Shown piece by piece: positions 53,919 through 64,000 of a DNA stretch of 64,000 nucleotides. Every line of letters begins with the position of its first letter. Within the stretch, counting starts at the first letter, position 1. Where the stretch lies: positions 112,282,001 through 112,346,000 of the forward strand of contig OZ024741.1 of assembly GCA_964016885.1 (NCBI GenBank), in the 5' to 3' direction. The stretch is from Eledone cirrhosa (Eukaryota). Both the position numbers and the translations under genes were made by a program. A model generated the notes under the pieces. That model did not search any database and was not told the DNA's origin. It saw only the letters and a list, made by a program, of their open reading frames with translations.

Positions 53919-55195
53919 TCATCATCATCATCATCATCAACGTTTAACGTCCATGTTCCACGCTTGCATGGGTTTGGACGGGGGTTTTCCCACTTGAGGC
54001 AAGAGTGATTGTCTTGCTCGCATAGGACTGTCTGGCAGGTTTTCTACAGTTGGATGCCCTTCCTAACACCAACCACATTTACAGTCTGGACTGGGAGGTT
54101 TTTACCGTGTTACCTACACGGCCACATTACAACGTGGACTGTGTGTTTTTTTGTCGTGACACCTACACGATCTCATTTGTTTCGGCCTGGATGGTGTGGC
54201 ACCAACATAACTTTACATAGAAGGGGGCGGTGTGGATGGGGTGGGGGTGGTGGGACGGGGGTGTATTTTGTTAGAGTTGCCTACTGACTGTAGTAGGTTT
54301 TACTATGTGTTTAGGTAAGGCGGGTCTTCTCTATTACTGAGTACTGCCAAAGGCCTCGGTCCAGTGACATTGTCTTGGAGAGGTGTAAGTGTGTGAGGTC
54401 GGAGTTTATCAGCTCGTCCCAGTTTTTTCTGGGTCTGCCTATTCCGTGGCTACCGTCTATCTTTATTGCCCTGCACTTTGTTATACAGCTATCGTCTTTC
54501 ATGCGCATCACGTGTCCATACCAACGTAGCCTTCTCTCGAGTAAACAACATCTGATCCCTCTTATTTCTAATTTTTTCCTTAGTTCGTTTATGCTTTGCC
54601 GTTCACGTATATTACTATTACACATCCAGCGGAGCATGCAAGCTTCATTCCTCTCTAGTCTGCGTATATCCTCTGCACACAATGCCCAGGTCTCACTGCC
54701 ATGCAACATTGCTGTTCGTATGCAGGCATCATACAACCTGCCTTTCATTTTTAGGGAGAACCCTTTAGTGGCTAATAGTGGTATAAGCTCTCTGAACTTT
54801 TTCCATCCAGTTTTGACTCTAGCTACTGTACTATTAACCTGGCTAAGACCAAAGTTCTAGTTTGTAGGAAAGAAAATAAGGCGGCGTCCCTTCCGGGAAG
54901 TGGCCATGCTCAGTGTGTAGGAAAGGCGTAGGTAGAAACTCTATTTTGTGTCCGAAATGCAAAGTATGGGTGCATAAAAGATGTAGTGGGATCACAGGTA
55001 AGCTAACTAAGAACATAGATTTCACATGTGGCCGGTGCTCTGGTGCAATAAGTAGCAGCAAGTGCCCACAAAATACTAGCTCTTTCAACTGCGCAGAGGG
55101 CTCTATAGAAATAGTGGACAGCTTCCGTTACCTGGGTGACAAAATCAGCAGTGGGGGAGGGTGCTCTGAAAGTACAGTAGCTAGAGTCAGAACTG
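53919..55195 (-). mobile_element. RTE family B with twin-priming 5' inversion (junction about 54830)
   Basis: Minus strand carries the RT C-terminus and (GAT)n tail. Plus strand 54831-55195 carries the preceding KTKV..Cys-rich..ARVRT segment. Confidence 0.9.
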
Positions 55196-55269
55196 TATAT
55201 ATATATATATATATTGTTATATCGCAAAACTAATTCATCGCCGTTATATATATATATATATATATATAC

Positions 55270-55838
55270 CATCATCATCATTTTACGTCCGCTTTTCCCT
55301 GCTTGCAAGGGTTGGACGGGTCCTATTCAGCACAGCATCTCTCCACTTGTCACGGCGTTTCGTCATCTCCTTGGTGAGTTTCAGCGATCTGAAGTCTGCT
55401 CTCACCACCTCCGCCCATGTTGTTTGTGGTCTGCCTCTACTGCGTCTTCCTTCTACTGGGATTTCTTGGTACTTCTTTACCCAGCGGTCATCCTCCATGC
55501 GCATCACATGTCCATACCATCTCAACCTTATCTCCTACACACCACAACTTATCTCTCTTATACCCAGTTTCTTTCTCAACTCATCTATGCTTGGTCGTTC
55601 GCACACTGCACATCCAACGGAGCATACTTGCTTTGTTTCTATCCGCTTCATTTCTCTTGCTTCATTTCTCCGTCGCATATCTTCTGCAGTTGCTGCCCAT
55701 GTCTCACTACCATGCAGCATCGCGCATCTCCCACAGGCATCATATAACCGTCCTTTCGTACGCAGGGAGAAACCCTTCTTTGTCAACAGAGCATGCAGTT
55801 CTCTAAACTTCTTCCAGCCTGTCCTTATTCTAGATACT
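55270..55838 (-). mobile_element. RTE family C 3' fragment
   Basis: KGRLYDAC..MLHGSETW, RWYGHVMRM..GRPQTTW, short 3' UTR and (GAT)n. Tail pieces also at 22725-22860 and 23942-24030. Confidence 0.88.
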
Positions 55839-56177
55839 ATGTATATATATGTGTGTATATGTAAATATATATGTGTATGTGTGTGTATATATATATGTAT
55901 ATATATATATGTGTGTGTATATATATATATACATATATGGGTGTAAGAGTATGGTTTTTTGCGAGTTTGTGGGAGTAAAAGGTTTTATATATATGTATAT
56001 ATGTGTGTGCGTTTATATATATATCCAAAATTAATTAAATTAAATTAAATTAAAGGAGTCATGTCCGAGACATGCGCCATATCCACCGTAGAATAAGCTC
56101 AAAGATTCCAATGAATAGATCTGAGCATTTTATATCAACTAGAAATTGATTGACATATATATATATTTAAAATATAC

Positions 56178-56399
56178 ACATGAAACAATCACAGGGGATA
56201 ACTGTAAAGTGTGTAATCATACATAGCTAGGTAGGTAACTAATTAAAGTTTAACTAGAGCTTCAAATATTACCTTTTAAAAAATGATTAATCATTTTTTA
56301 AAAGGTAATATTTGAAGCTCTAGTTAAACTTTAATTAGTTACCTACCTAGCTATGTATGATTACACACTTTACAATTATCCCCTGTGATTGTTTCATGT
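56178..56399. repeat. Spacer-less palindrome with 111-bp arms
   Basis: Centre GATT|AATC at 56288/56289. One mismatch seen. Confidence 0.95.
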
Positions 56400-56400
56400 A

Positions 56401-56788
56401 TGTCAAGGCAGAATTCTAGGAGAAGGAAAACTCTGATGTAACACCTGCAACTCTGATGGTATCCAATGATGTTGACTTGTTCTTCTTTTTGGTAAATATC
56501 ATCTTGGTTAAGAGAGTGGGACTGGCTTTGTGCAGTGCCTTTGCTCACTATAAAAGCTTCACGGCACAGGCATTGCTTTATATCTGGAGATCTCTCTGCA
56601 CTTGTCGTCACATGGTACCATGGGCCCAGCACTATGTGTCAATAATGGTCACAAGTGTAGTGTTTGTACCAGAGTTTTCAAGTCGCTGGCTGGACTAAAA
56701 AGTCACACTCGTTCAGCGCATCGGTAGGGGTTCTCCTACATGGATATAAAGTAGTGGCCATACTCGAAAACGAGTTGGCAGCCACCAT
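56401..56788 (+). mobile_element. Bipartite non-autonomous LINE-derived element
   Basis: Homologous to 31413-31831. Confidence 0.75.
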
Positions 56789-56877
56789 GTATGTTTATAT
56801 ATATGTATGTATGTGTATATATATGTATGTGTATATATATGTATGTATATGTATATATGTGTGTGTGTGTGAATGTG

Positions 56878-57345
56878 CTTGTAGACACCTGAAATATAGC
56901 TTAAGAGAAACTTAACAATAAGGAGAGGCACCCAAAATTTGAACCTGTTTATAGAATTCTTTCTGCCTTTGTCACTCTAAATACAGCTTTAAAAAATTAG
57001 CTTTTAAAGAATTCCCCTTTCTCTAAACCCATCAACCAATGACCTCCACCCATCTTGTAGACACCTGAAATATAGCTTAAGAGAAACTTAAAAATAAGGA
57101 GTGGGACTCCAATTTGAACTTGTTTATAGAATTCTGTCTGCCTTTGTCACTCTAAATATAAATTATAGCTTTAAAGAATTAGCTTTTAAAGAACTCCCTT
57201 TTCTTTAAACCCACCCCAATCCCCACCCTCTCCTACCACCAGAAAAGATATAAATATCACCATATTTACTTGGACAGTCAGCTTCCTGATCATTTCTCAT
57301 GAATGAAACAGTTCTAGTCCTATAGATGCTTTTCTATATTAAATA
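56878..57345 (+). mobile_element. Inverted copy of the 52385 element, hammerhead mutated (CUGAUCA) at 57280-57330
   Basis: AGCTTC-CTGATCA-TTTCTCATGAAT-GAAA-CAG..CTA-TA-GATGCT. Confidence 0.75.
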
Positions 57346-57355
57346 TATATATATA

Positions 57356-58765
57356 CTAGCAGCAGTACCCAGCGTTGCCTGGGTAGGTAAAATAATATCT
57401 GCTTTGATGAAAAGGTGTTGATCTTAGCGACTGCTTCTCGATGACTCATCTATGGCCACACATAGGCCGTGCGGGGGAGGTGGTGATGACCTCTATCATT
57501 GAGAAACGTGGGTGACTGACGAAGGGGCATGCTGGGGGAGGGAATGACCTCTAACATTAAGCCAAATTTCCTCACGCTACTTGATTGGAAACCGATGAAT
57601 TCTCAAATACACAACTAAAAGCTCAGACGACGTCAGTGGCCATCGTTTTGCCTTTGACCCTCTATAAGATGTGCAATGATAGGTTCTATCGTAGTATAAA
57701 AGTTGAACCAAATAAATTGATTTATGTGTGAGGCGGAGCTGAAGTTTCGAATTTGAACAAAATCGGTTGAAAAATGTGGGAGCTAGAGCCGAAAAGGCAG
57801 AAATTTGAGGGAAAAGGTGGTATTTTCGAATATTTAAGCGGCTACCACGCCGTTCCTGAACAAAAAATCCAAAATGTAAAGACACTTTAAGATGTGAAAT
57901 AATCGCATGTAGTGTAGTGAAAAATTTGAACGAAATCGGTGGCAAAATGTGGGAGCTAGAGCCAAAAACCTTATTTTGGGATACATAAAAAAAGGTGACG
58001 CCCTATCGATTTTTATCTGCAGAACGACCCCGGAATAAAAAAACGATACGCTGATATATAGAAAACACTCACGATGACTAATCTATGAGCCTGTAAAGTT
58101 TCATGAAAATCGGTCGTAAGACGTAGGCCCCTATAAGTAATACACACACACATAGACACACACACACATACTTCATCATCATCAGGTTTAGCGTCCGTGT
58201 TCCACGCTTGCGTGGGTTTGGACGAGGGTTTTCCCACTTGAGGCAAGAGTGGTTGTCTTGCTCGCATAGGACTGTCTGGCGGGTTTCCTACAGTTCGATG
58301 CCCTTCCTAACACCAACCACATTTACAGTGTGGGGCTGGGAGGTTTTTACCGTGTTGCCTACACGGCCACATTACAGCGTGGACTGTCTGGCGGGTTTTC
58401 TACAGCTGGATGCCCTTCCTAACACCAACCACATTTACAGTGTGGGGCTGGGAGGTTTTTACCGTGTTGCCTACACGGCCACATTTACAGCGTGGACTGT
58501 GTGTTTTTTTTTGTCGTGACACCTACACGATCTCATTTGTTTCGGCCTGGATGTTGTGGGACCAACATAACTTTACATTGAAAGGGGCGGTGTGAATGGG
58601 GTGGAGGTGGTGGGACGGGGGTGTGTTTTGATAGAGATGCCTACTGACTGTAGTAGGTTTTTACTTTGTATTTAGGTAAGGCGGGTCTTCTCTATTACTG
58701 AGTACCGCCAAAGGTCTCGGTCCAGTGACATTGTCTTGGAGAGGTGTATAATTTTATATATATAC

Positions 58766-58768
<3 letters not shown>
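57356..58768 (-). mobile_element. Non-autonomous Helitron interrupted by an RTE tail
   Basis: Minus start A|TCTGTATATATATAAAATT. End ACCCAGGCAACGCTGGGT hairpin then CTGCTAG|T. Confidence 0.75.
58172..58746 (-). mobile_element. RTE family B 3' tail with internal ~110-bp duplication
   Basis: Matches 24340-24795. The GGACTGTCTGGCGGGTTT..GGCCACATT segment is repeated. Confidence 0.85.
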
Positions 58769-58822
<54 letters not shown>

Positions 58823-59629
58823 TAAAAAGGAAAAGAAAATGCTGACAAATTTTTCCCCAGTGAAAAATAGTTTACTGAGGAATAAGTATAAATTAGTAAT
58901 AAGTTTTAGTTAGTATTCAGTTTTAGTTTTAAGTTTGTACCGTATATTTGTTATTACAACAATATGACGCTCCCCAAGTATATATATACTTTAAAACAAA
59001 CATTTATATATCATAGGACCATGAGACGTTTTTGAGGGAATATTCTGTTTTAGGACATGAAAGGTATGATTGTTCTTATGAAATTCAAACTTCTAAGGAT
59101 TTGTAGCATTCTTGTGTCTAAAAGCTTCTTTTGAATGTCTTAGCTCCCTAATAATATGTACATTATTTTGTCCTTGATAATTTATTATTGAAAATTTGGT
59201 CTCCCAGAAGATATTTTCCACATCAACAGTCGATAATACAGAAATATTATCAGAATATTCAATATAAACTTATTTCTCATTGCTTGTACACTGCACAGGA
59301 GAGAATATCACTTGGATTATTCCCTTGTAAATTAATTAACAATGATTAAAGGAAATGAACTATACATGCACTACCGGTTATATAATGTGAGTGCACATAA
59401 ATGAGAGAGCACAAGTGATCTGAAAGAAAAGCTAAGTATAAGAGGAATCAAAAGTAGGGGACAAGAGAGATAATTTCACATGTGTGGCCATGTGATGTGC
59501 AATTTCTAGTTCTTTTATTCTCTTCTGTTATTTGTAAGTACACTGGATGCTCCACACCCATAACTCACAGATGATATATATTTAGAACTGATTACTAAAT
59601 TACTTAATGAACAGTTTTAGATGGAGGTT

Positions 59630-60000
59630 TACATTTCATATCTGGCCAGTGCCTATTATCAGCTTTGGGGGATTAAATCATACTTCTGGCTTGAGTCTAT
59701 TTCAGATCAAGCTTGAGCCTATTACCATTTTTGGAGACCTACATTTTGCATCAGGCCAGGGCCTATTACATTTTTTGAGAGCTACATTTTACATCTAGCT
59801 TGGGCTTATTACCAGCTTTGCGGATCTTCATTTCACATCTGGCCAGAAATTATTACAAGGTTTTGAGGTCTAACATTTTACATTCCTTCTGGACTTACTG
59901 CAATTTTCACATGGACCTGCTTATAGAGAACCAATGCCATTTTCTAACTGCTATCACTAGTTGCTATCACTAGCTGCTATCACTAGCTGCTATCACTAGT
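59630..60000. repeat. Degenerate ~43-bp minisatellite followed by (TGCTATCACTAG)x4
   Basis: Recurring ACATTT..ATCTGGCCAG..CTATTAC units. Confidence 0.7.
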
Positions 60001-60174
60001 ATGTCGATAATACATCAATAATTAAGTGTTGCTATTAGATCAGATTGGTCCTTTTCCTGATTACTTACTAACACAGATGAACCTGAGGAGTCTTAAAGTT
60101 TTTACTAAATGATTATTCATTTGGTCAAGTAACATATTTCTTTTATATATATATATGTATATCTATATAATCAG

Positions 60175-60302
60175 TGAAGTCACGTGGCTGAGTGGTTAGA
60201 GAATTGGAATCACAATCGTGAGGTAGTGATTTCGATTCCTGGACCGGGCTAGCAATTCGAAAGACCAATGGAAACATTGTTTCCTCAGTCCAATTTGACG
60301 AG
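60175..60302 (+). mobile_element. Internally deleted copy of the 21323 SINE
   Basis: tRNA head joined directly to TAGCAATT..AAGACCAATGGAAACATTG. Confidence 0.75.
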
Positions 60303-60479
60303 TTCCACCCCACTCGTTAAGCAAATGAGGTCTGAGATCTTGTTGACCGACTCTTGATATATAATCATTATCATCATCGTATTTATGTCGATTTTTCCAT
60401 ACAGGCATGGGTTTGACAGGATGTTTTGAGGCAATGCTTTACAGCCAGATGCCTTTCCTGATAACACTTTTATGACATG

Positions 60480-60765
60480 CAGGGATAGAGTGTACCTATT
60501 CTAAACTGGTTATACATAGTCATTGGAAGGCATTCTATGTTGATAAAGAAACAACTTACATGAATACCAATCATAGCACTCATAAACATGACAACTACAG
60601 ATTTAAATCTAGCAAGAACCCACAACACAACCTGCATTTGGATACCTTTCAAAGAGATATGATGGATATGGTCAGTAAAATAAAGTTTCACAAACATAAA
60701 CACTGGAATAACTTCCTGAAGAATCTTCAGCCAATAATGGAGAAATTAAGTAAAATGAAAGGTAC
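60480..60765 (+). pseudogene. Penelope-like (Naiad-type) ORF N-terminal relic
   Basis: HWKAFY...DNYRFKSSKNPQHNLHLDTFQRDMMDMVSKIKFH..NNFLKNL resembles the RWKA..YGFKS..FExDL..IKF pattern recalled for this clade. Confidence 0.55.
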
Positions 60766-60927
60766 ACATATATGCGTGCGCAGATTTTCTTGCGTCTTGT
60801 TCCGTCTTTTGTTTATTTTGATGTCACTATAACTTGTGCTGGGAAAGGCGTTCTTCGCCAGGGAAGGCCTTAGTATTTATTACAGTCTTGTGCCTAAAAA
60901 GTAAGTAATCAATTTGCCTTGTGTGTT

Positions 60928-61369
60928 GATGGAAACCGCGGAGTGGAGAGACCCAAGATGACCTGGGATGAGGTGATAAAAGCCGACCTTACCCAATTAC
61001 ACCTCCCAAAGGCAATGACACACGACTGTGACTTCTGGCGTCACACAGTAATACAGGGTACCCGACCTCCCATGGGTACAAGCTGAAGCATATAGACAAT
61101 ATGCCCCCACACCCCTCACCGCAAGGTGGTCGTGGAGGTGCCACGGCAAAAAAGCACCCAGCCCACACTGTAAAGTGGACGTGTAGGCGCCACGAAAAAG
61201 CACCCAGCACTCACTGTAAATGAGGTTGGTGTTAGGAAGGGCATCCAGCTGTAGAAATCAAGCCAAATCAGTGCCTGTATGAGAAAGGCATGGTCAGCCG
61301 ACCAGACACTGCCCACAACAGGACAACCCGTCTAACCCATGCTAGCGTGGAAGAACGGAGGTAAAACGG

Positions 61370-61404
<35 letters not shown>
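60928..61404 (+). mobile_element. RTE family A 3' fragment
   Basis: Matches 39585-40035, ends in (GAT)n. Confidence 0.9.
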
Positions 61405-62465
61405 TTCACCTGATTCATATAAAATCAGGTGGTTAGCTGGTTTCCTGAAATTTGAGTTGCAAATGTTTAACCCATTTGCATCTCAGAATTACAGGAGTCT
61501 CAGTTCCTCTTCATTCCTTGAGCCATAACTATAGCTGCCATGAGCTCCACTGATTCCATCCTCGTAGTGTCCTACATGTCCATTAAAGGTGTCTGCCAAG
61601 AGGATGTCTCTCTTGACAATACCCAAAGTTGTCTGTAAAAGTTCCTCATAGAACCTGCCCTTTTGGTCTTTACTCAGTCCTGCCTGCAGAGCCTAGGTAA
61701 ATGTAATTGTCACCATCCTATTTCCGATAGCTATTCTAAGCTTGATCATTCTATCATTTACTCTAACGACCTCTATAACCTTATCTATCCATTTCTAGGC
61801 TAGTAAAATGCCTACACCTCCTACCCCATTGTCATTTCCTACGCAGTAGAGTTTACATCTAAGTTGCTTGCCCCTGATTAGTCTTGGTGAGTTACCCCTA
61901 CATCTATTTCACTTGTACACAGCATACATCTACCCTTCTTCTTTCTAACAGCTCAGGGTACCAACATCGAGGATTGTGGTTACTTCTTTGGTTCGAGGTT
62001 CTATGTACTTGAAAGCGAAAGTGGTTGTGCGATTGCTTGATGACAATCGAGAGGTTCTCGCACATGGTTATTCTAGCCACCAAACCACCGTGTGTAACAC
62101 TGATATGACTGGAGTTAGCCCTGTGTTTGCAATTAATGAAAATTGTATTTGTCATGCTTTTCATAATTTAAGCTGGGTTTTGCTGGCTGGGTACCCTTCC
62201 TATAACCAACTACTTCATAATATGGAATGGGTGCATTTTCATGCCACTGGCACAAGAGAGGTTGTCTTACTGGACTTATGAGTCGTGTCCATCCATTATC
62301 AGATTTTATTTGGAGTATCCACTCTCCTAGATGAGTAGCCTTCACTACGGCTTACAGAGTCAATGTCTTCCCCATGCAGTTGTTTTTAATTGGAGTCACT
62401 GCTCTCCTAGTGAGGTTGCCTTCACTACAGCTTGTGAAATCCACGTCTGCCTTGTGTAGTTGTTT
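61405..62465 (-). mobile_element. Decayed RTE 5' end (5' UTR plus APE endonuclease relic)
   Basis: LLERRRVDVCCVQ, with later FNGHVG-like residues. Duplicated ~80-bp 5' UTR unit at 62310-62465. Confidence 0.6.
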
Positions 62466-63132
62466 ATAGTGTGTATATATATATATATATATTAAAATCA
62501 ATAAAAACAGTCATGTGAAACTTTCTCTTATATTTAATTTATACGCCCAGCCTTAACATTGAGTGCCAATGTAGAAACTACCACCAGTAAGCATCAAATT
62601 CCTGAAATTAATGACTAAACTATATATATATATATAACTTGATGCTTACTGGTGGTAAGCTCTTATTTATTTATTTATCTCTTTATATTTTCCATTCTCT
62701 CATTTTCTTACTTTTTTATGTACCCTATCTTATATTCTACTTTTACTTTTTACATCTAACCCATGCTAGCGTGGAAAATGGACGTTAAACAAAGATGATG
62801 ATGATGATGATGATGATGATCTGTAACTTCTCTACCTATTTACCATACATGTATTATTATTGATGTTATTGTTTAGATTATACGCTATTTTATTATTGAT
62901 GTTATTGTTTTAATTATATGCTATTTCTCTATATAAGTCTTGCCTCGAGTGAATTATTTTCATATCTACATACTCTGATGTGTTGACCATAGGTGAATAA
63001 TGTATTGGAGATTGAATAACGCAACATCAAGCGATTAGCAAACTCTAGACCCACATGATCAACGAACCAATTGTCAGTACTTTAAATAAAACCCTTATTG
63101 TACAGCCAACCATGTTAATCTTCATTCTTTAA

Positions 63133-63209
<77 letters not shown>

Positions 63210-63771
63210 GACAGAACAAAGGAGAGATCCAAAATAACGAATTAATCACTGAGGAAGTCATAGAATGTGTGACAAAAGAGCTTTGACATTAAATAAACAA
63301 CCATCCAGAAATTTGTAATAAATTGAAGTGAATATGAACAGGTGCATGTGTTTTTTATTGGAAGCATGAACCCCCCAAAATAAAACAATATCTACTTCAA
63401 CACACATTTTCAGATAAGAAATCTTGCAAAACGAACACAAAAACGAGGTGTGTGTGTGTATATATATATATATATGTATGTATCTATGTATATATGTATG
63501 TATGTTTGTATGTGTGTATATGAACGTATATGCGTGTGTGTGTGCGTGTGTATCTATATGTGTCTGTATATATACACAAGAGTAAAAGAGTATATGTGTG
63601 TGTGTGTGTGCATGGAATTTTTTGTCCATTGATTTTCATATTCATAAGAATGAAGTGTTTTATATTAGTTTACAGATAATATCCAATCCTGATTGAATAT
63701 GATAACATAGAAAGAGACATTCATCATTTGTAAATAAATCGTGATGTTTCTTATTCGTCACTATGATTATA

Positions 63772-63955
63772 TGGATTGGCAGTATCAGTAGAGGGTCGGA
63801 CGCCATGCTTTCCAGCATAGTTACGTCCTTTACGATCTGAGTTCAAATCCCGCCAAGGTTGACTTTGCCTTTCATCCTTACGGGGTCGATAAAATAAAGT
63901 ACCAGTAATGCACTGGGTAATTGCTGGCCTTGTGCCTAAAGTAGAAACAATTATT
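63772..63955 (+). mobile_element. tRNA-derived SINE, apparently complete
   Basis: TGGCAGTATCAG A-box region, GAGTTCAAATCCC B box, family 3' end AGAAACAATTATTA. Confidence 0.85.
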
Positions 63956-64000
63956 ATAATTCTGTGTAGGTAGCACATTCAAACACACTTCCCTACTAGA

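Noticed and set aside
59630-59885. CRISPR-like repeat array
   Set aside because: Degenerate contiguous minisatellite with no unique spacers or cas genes, in eukaryotic DNA.

Overview
Eukaryotic, very AT-rich, repeat-dominated DNA. The SINE families and very long (TA)n tracts resemble an octopus-like cephalopod (inference). No host protein-coding gene is confidently visible, and most ORF-track entries are translated microsatellite. The window is a mosaic of: RTE-clade LINE copies (three or more families, two with twin-priming 5' inversions, with a PHD-like finger inside the RT); a decayed CR1/L2-group LINE; a Tx1/L1 3' piece; an R4/Dong-type RLE element; Penelope-like (GIY-YIG and Naiad-type) fragments; non-autonomous Helitrons; piggyBac-type MITEs; and tRNA-derived SINEs. 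The main non-obvious signal is about 15-19 intact, variant or decayed minimal type-I hammerhead ribozyme motifs on both strands. They sit in short non-coding elements between (TA)n tracts and are often folded back into inverted repeats. They include a multi-copy family with a ~60-nt extended stem II and two unrelated families with a CCGANGA (U4C) core. All structures were folded by eye and element boundaries are approximate.
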